DNA from: Acidimicrobiia bacterium
GTDB taxonomy: Bacteria; Actinomycetota; Acidimicrobiia; Spongiisociales; ZC4RG35
Assembly: GCA_029240695.1 (NCBI GenBank)
Contig: JARDZU010000002.1
Coordinates: forward strand, 1 to 38,200
Reading direction: 5' to 3'
Length of the DNA: 38,200 bases
How positions within the stretch are numbered: position 1 is the first letter of the stretch; each line of letters begins with the position of its first letter. This document shows, one piece after another, positions 34,087 to 38,200 of this stretch. The notes under the pieces are model-generated. The model was not told where the DNA came from. It did not search any database and saw only the letters and a program-made list of their open reading frames with translations. The translations under genes and the position numbers were made by a program.

Positions 34087-34881
34087 ATGAGGTTGGAGGC
34101 GGGCGATGCCGCCCTCTTGATCGACTCCAAGGGACGTCGATTTCTCCTCGAATTGAACCCGGACCGAACCTTTCAGTACCACGAGGGCGCCGTTCCCCAT
34201 AACGATCTCATCGGACGCGAGGAAGGCAGCTGGATCGTCTCGTCGACGGGGGCGCAGCTCCTCCTGCTACGCCCCCGGTTGGCTGACTTCACCCTCAAGA
34301 TGAAGAGGAGAGCCCAGGTCGTCTATCCCAAAGACCTCGGCCCCATCCTGGTCTATGCCGACATCGCACCCGGCATGACCGTGCTCGAGGCAGGAAGCGG
34401 ATCGGGAGCGCTCACCCTGGGCCTCAGCCGGGCTGTCGGGCCGACGGGCAAGGTGGTCAGCGTGGAATTGAGGGAAGACCATGCAGCACACGCCAGAAAG
34501 GCTGTGGAGAAGTGGTACGGCCGGTTTCCTGAGAATGTCGAGATGCGGATCGGAGATGTGTCCGACGAGATCCAGTCGGTCGAACCAGCCCGAATCGTGC
34601 TCGATCTTCCCGAGCCGTGGCACGTCGTGACCGCCGCCGCCCAGCACCAGCCACCCGGCGGGCTGCTGGCCGCCTATCTCCCTACCGTCCCACAGGTGCA
34701 GACAACAGTGGAGACGGCGCGGGAGACCGGTGTGTTCACCGAGATCGAGGTGAAGGAGTTCCTGGTTCGGGACTGGAACGTCGCAGGCAGATCGGTGCGC
34801 CCCGAGCATCGGATGATCGGGCACACCGGCTTCCTCATTTTCATGAGGAAGACCGCCAGGCCACCGTCACAGGAGGATTGA
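34087..34881 (+). CDS. trmI: tRNA (adenine58-N1)-methyltransferase TrmI (GCD14 family)
   Basis: LIDSKGRRFLLEL...RRAQVVYPKDLGPIL...VLEAGSGSGALTLGLSRAVGPTGKVVSVE. It sits next to arc, as Rv2118c does in M. tuberculosis. ATG at 34087 inside track ORF 34027..34881. Confidence 0.9.
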   Translation: MRLEAGDAALLIDSKGRRFLLELNPDRTFQYHEGAVPHNDLIGREEGSWIVSSTGAQLLLLRPRLADFTLKMKRRAQVVYPKDLGPILVYADIAPGMTVLEAGSGSGALTLGLSRAVGPTGKVVSVELREDHAAHARKAVEKWYGRFPENVEMRIGDVSDEIQSVEPARIVLDLPEPWHVVTAAAQHQPPGGLLAAYLPTVPQVQTTVETARETGVFTEIEVKEFLVRDWNVAGRSVRPEHRMIGHTGFLIFMRKTARPPSQED

Positions 34882-35042
34882 GCGGACACGATCCTCAAGT
34901 TGGCGGGCGGTCACGCCGACGCTCTTCTTTGTCGGCAGTTGGTGGCATCATCGAGGGAGTAGGCACCGGGTGACAACCCGGGGAACTACAGAGACCGATT
35001 CGTATACTGCTAGACAAGGCGACCAAGGCCAGGAGGAAGCCC

Positions 35043-36770
35043 GTGGACGAAGGACGGAGAGCGGACGACGCCACTCAGTTGCGCGCCGTCGTCGCCGCCC
35101 TCGAAGAGGAGATCGCCGTCCTGCGCCGCCGTGTCCGTGACGCACCGGCCCGGGTAGAGGACCTCGAGAACGAGCTCAACCGGATGCGCGAGCGTCTCGA
35201 CCGGGCGATGGCACAGAACGACAAGCTGTCCGCTGTCCTCGAAGAGGCACGGGAGCAACTCGGTGTGCTGAGGGAAGAGGTCGAGAAGCTGACCTCACCC
35301 CCGAACAATTTCGGCACGGTCCTCCAAGTCAACGGTGACGGCACCCTGGACATCATGACCGGGAGCCGCAAACTGCGTGTCGCCGCCCAGCCCAACGTCG
35401 AAGTCAAGAAGCTCCAGGTGGGCCAGGAGGTCCTTCTCAACGAGGCCTTCAACATCATCGATATCCGTCATTTCGAGCCGGCTGGAGACGTGCTGAGGGT
35501 CCGTGAAGTACTCACCGACGGCCGGGTCGTGGTCTTTGCCCACGCCGACGAGGAGAGAGTCCTTCAACGGTCCGAGACGATGGCGGACGTGAAATTGCGG
35601 CCCGGCGACTACGTCAGGATCGACGCCAAGACGGGTCTCATCCTGGAGAAGATGGAGCGACCCGAGGTCGAAGAGCTCGTTCTGGAAGAGGTCCCTGACA
35701 TCACCTATGAGGATGTCGGAGGTCTGGCCGATCAGATCGAGCAGATCCGCGACACCGTCGAGCTCCCATACATGTACAAGGATTTGTTCCGTGAGTACGA
35801 GCTCGACCCGCCGAAGGGCATCCTCCTCTACGGTCCTCCCGGCTGTGGCAAGACACTAATCGCCAAGGCGGTAGCCAACAGCCTCGCCAAGAAGGTCTCG
35901 GAACGGACCGGCAGCCCCGACGTCCGTTCCTACTTCTTGAACATCAAAGGGCCTGAGCTTCTCAACAAGTGGGTCGGCGAGACCGAGCGCCAGATACGCC
36001 TGATCTTCCAGAGGGCCAAGGAGAAGTCCGACGAAGGTGTGCCGGTCATCGTTTTCTTCGACGAGATGGACTCTCTATTCCGCACGAGAGGCACCGGTAT
36101 CAGCTCCGACGTCGAGTCCACCATCGTGCCCCAACTCCTCTCCGAGCTCGATGGGGTCGAGGCTCTCAAGAACGTCGTGGTCATCGGTGCCTCCAATCGT
36201 GAAGACCTGATCGACCCAGCCATCCTCAGACCGGGTCGCCTCGACGTGAAGATCAGGATCAACCGGCCGGACACGTCTGCCGCGCGGGAGATCTTCCGCA
36301 TCTACATCAGCGAGGAGACGCCTCTCGACCCGGAGGCCCTCGAGGAACACGAGGGCGACCCGACGAAGGTCATCTCGGCCTACATCGAGGCCACTGTCGA
36401 CGCCATGTACGCCGAGTCAGACGAAAACCGTTTCCTCGAGGTCACCTATGCATCCGGAGACCGCGAGGTGCTCTTCTTCAAGGACTTCGCCTCCGGAGCG
36501 ATGATCGAGAACATCGTGAGACGAGCCAAGAAAGACGCGATCAAGAGGCAAATCGCGGGAGGAGAGCCCGGAGTCCGTCTCTCGGACCTGACGGCCGCCA
36601 TCAAACAGGAGTTCCGTGAGCAGGAAGACCTGCCCAACACGACCAATCCCGACGACTGGGCCAGGGTGTCCGGCAAGAAGGGGGAGCGGATCGTCCATGT
36701 CCGCACGCTGGTCGACGGCGATGACGAGAGTCGATTGATCGAGAAGGTCTCAGCGGGTCAATACCTCTGA
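35043..36770 (+). CDS. arc: Proteasome-associated AAA ATPase ARC/Mpa
   Basis: N-terminal coiled coil, OB-domain region, Walker A GPPGCGKT, Walker [10 protein letters not shown], and the C-terminal ...SAGQYL proteasome-docking motif. AGGAGGA lies 5 nt before the GTG at 35043. Confidence 0.96.
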   Translation: MDEGRRADDATQLRAVVAALEEEIAVLRRRVRDAPARVEDLENELNRMRERLDRAMAQNDKLSAVLEEAREQLGVLREEVEKLTSPPNNFGTVLQVNGDGTLDIMTGSRKLRVAAQPNVEVKKLQVGQEVLLNEAFNIIDIRHFEPAGDVLRVREVLTDGRVVVFAHADEERVLQRSETMADVKLRPGDYVRIDAKTGLILEKMERPEVEELVLEEVPDITYEDVGGLADQIEQIRDTVELPYMYKDLFREYELDPPKGILLYGPPGCGKTLIAKAVANSLAKKVSERTGSPDVRSYFLNIKGPELLNKWVGETERQIRLIFQRAKEKSDEGVPVIVFFDEMDSLFRTRGTGISSDVESTIVPQLLSELDGVEALKNVVVIGASNREDLIDPAILRPGRLDVKIRINRPDTSAAREIFRIYISEETPLDPEALEEHEGDPTKVISAYIEATVDAMYAESDENRFLEVTYASGDREVLFFKDFASGAMIENIVRRAKKDAIKRQIAGGEPGVRLSDLTAAIKQEFREQEDLPNTTNPDDWARVSGKKGERIVHVRTLVDGDDESRLIEKVSAGQYL

Positions 36771-38200
36771 TGGCCATCCACAAGGTGCTCGGCACCGAGA
36801 CCGAGTACGGCATCGTGGTCAGAGGGGACATCGGCTTCAATCCAGCCGTTGCATCCTCGCTCGTGGTCAACAGCTATCCAGGCGCTCGCGTCAAAGTCCA
36901 ATGGTCATACGAGGAAGAGTCTCCGGGCCGGGACGCCCGAGGTTTCGGCCACGACACGTTCGGGGTGGTCGACCCCGAGGGCGCGGTGGTGAACTCGGTC
37001 CTCGCCAACGGCGCTCGACTCTATGTGGACCACGCCCATCCCGAGTACTCCGCTCCCGAGTGCTACGACCCGATGGAGGCCGCCCTCTACGACAAGGTGG
37101 GCGAAGTGGTGATGCGGTCGGCCGCCCGAGCCGCCACCGAGGTGGCTGGGAAGAAGGTCTCCCTCTACAAGAACAACTCGGATGGGAAGGGGAACTCCTA
37201 CGGGGCCCACGAGAACTATCTCCTCTCCAGGGAGACTCCTTTCGGTGATGTGATCCGCTTCGCCACCACATTCCTGGTTACCCGGCAGATCTACACCGGC
37301 GCAGGAAAGGTCGGGTCCGAGAACGACCGCCCCGAGGTCGACTTCCAGCTCACACAGCGCGCCGACTTCTTCGAGGAAGAAGTGGGGCTGGAGACGACGC
37401 TGAAGCGCCCAATCATCAATACCCGGGATGAGCCACATGGCGACCCATCGAAATACCGGAGACTTCACGTCATCATCGGCGACGCCAATCTCTCCGAGTA
37501 CCAGAACTTCCTCAAGCTCGGCGCCACTGCCTTGATGCTCTCGGCCCTCGAAGATGGCGCCCTCCCGGACCCTCTCGACCTCCAGGACCCTGTGGAATCG
37601 TGCTGGCGGGTGAGCCATGACATCAGTCTTGGCAAGCCGCTCGAGCTCGAGGGCGGTGGAACCGCCACCGCTTTGGAGCTCCAGGGCCGTTACCTGGAAT
37701 GGCTGACCAAATACGTAGAAAAAGAATTGGACGACCCGGTCTGGGAGCAGGTGATCCACGAATGGGAGCGAACGCTCGACCTATTGAGCACCGATCCCGG
37801 CCGTCTCGCAGACACCCTCGATTGGGTCGCCAAGCAACGCCTGTTCCAGGGCTACATCGAGAGGGACGGGCTGTCCAGGGATGACCCCAAGTTGCGCGCC
37901 CTCGACCTTCAATACCACGACGTGGACACCGAGAAGGGCTTGTATCACCGCCTCGCCGGACGCGGGGCCATGCGCCGCCTCTTCGAGGATGATCAGATCG
38001 AAGCGGCCGCCGGGAACCCGCCTGACCGCACGCGTGCCTACTTCCGGGGCCGCTGCGTGTCCCGTTTCTCCGACTCGCTGGTCGCCGCCAACTGGGATTC
38101 GCTCGTCTTCGACACCGGCGAATCGCATCTCAAGCGGGTTCCTATGATGGAACCACTTCGAGGTGGCGCCGATCTGATCGGGGCCATGATCGACGAAGCC
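36770..38200 (+). CDS. dop: Pup deamidase/depupylase Dop (3' end beyond the window)
   Basis: Not in the ORF track because there is no stop in the window. Hand translation from the ATG at 36770 (TGATG overlap with the arc stop) gives [15 protein letters not shown]...WSYEEESPGRDARGF (Dop loop)...NGARLYVDHAHPEYSAPEC...LETTLKRPIINTRDEPHGDPSKYRRLHVIIGDANL...NPPDRTRAYFRGRC...MEPLRGG. This is colinear with M. tuberculosis Dop as I remember it. Confidence 0.9.
   Translation, partial: MAIHKVLGTETEYGIVVRGDIGFNPAVASSLVVNSYPGARVKVQWSYEEESPGRDARGFGHDTFGVVDPEGAVVNSVLANGARLYVDHAHPEYSAPECYDPMEAALYDKVGEVVMRSAARAATEVAGKKVSLYKNNSDGKGNSYGAHENYLLSRETPFGDVIRFATTFLVTRQIYTGAGKVGSENDRPEVDFQLTQRADFFEEEVGLETTLKRPIINTRDEPHGDPSKYRRLHVIIGDANLSEYQNFLKLGATALMLSALEDGALPDPLDLQDPVESCWRVSHDISLGKPLELEGGGTATALELQGRYLEWLTKYVEKELDDPVWEQVIHEWERTLDLLSTDPGRLADTLDWVAKQRLFQGYIERDGLSRDDPKLRALDLQYHDVDTEKGLYHRLAGRGAMRRLFEDDQIEAAAGNPPDRTRAYFRGRCVSRFSDSLVAANWDSLVFDTGESHLKRVPMMEPLRGGADLIGAMIDEA

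Noticed and set aside
1-38200. I looked for CRISPR arrays, rRNA genes, intact IS elements or transposases, toxin-antitoxin pairs, restriction-modification genes and other defence-system hallmarks (large ATPases or nucleases, reverse transcriptases).
   Set aside because: I saw no regularly spaced repeats and no such ORFs. Every ORF above roughly 100 aa that I consider real is accounted for by the families listed. The only repeats found are the pilin paralogues and the 58-nt tRNA-Leu duplication.

Overview
This is a gene-dense, high-GC chromosomal segment that I read as Actinomycetota. The evidence is an ARC/Mpa ATPase ending in GQYL followed by Dop, Flp pilins, and the uvrC-rapZ-yvcK...pgk-tpiA...secG backbone. 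All family calls rest on motif recognition and gene order; I ran no searches.

Layout, left to right:
- Four tandem Flp-type pilin genes sit on the minus strand. One is below the ORF-track size cutoff.
- A NarL-type histidine kinase and response regulator pair follows, then coaE-uvrB.
- A surface-glycan locus of about 9.6 kb comes next. It holds an acyltransferase_3, two GT2 enzymes, a WbpB/WbpE/WbpD-like oxidoreductase-aminotransferase-acetyltransferase trio, two polytopic membrane proteins (one DUF2029/GT87-like), a SAM methyltransferase and a WecB-type epimerase.
- uvrA follows, preceded by a LexA-type GAAC-N4-GTTC palindrome. Then come a UXS-like decarboxylase, a methyltransferase and uvrC.
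- rapZ-yvcK abuts pgk-tpiA-gpmA directly, with no whiA or gap between them. secG and tRNA-Leu(GAG) follow.
- A decayed integrative element of about 2.3 kb is bounded by a 58-nt repeat of the tRNA 3' part. It carries a frameshifted and truncated tyrosine integrase, one intact small membrane gene, and about 1 kb of ORF-poor, hairpin-rich DNA ending in an intrinsic terminator.
- Two SRPBCC genes, a MOSC-MFS pair and a holin-X-like cluster follow.
- The window ends with trmI-arc-dop, the gateway to the Pup-proteasome locus, with dop truncated by the window edge.

I found no CRISPR array, rRNA gene, intact transposase or recognisable defence system. My best novelty candidates, all unproven, are the lipid-linked-donor style glycan locus, the structured ORF-poor segment inside the tRNA-Leu island, and a 31-codon hydrophobic small ORF whose stop overlaps the trmI start.
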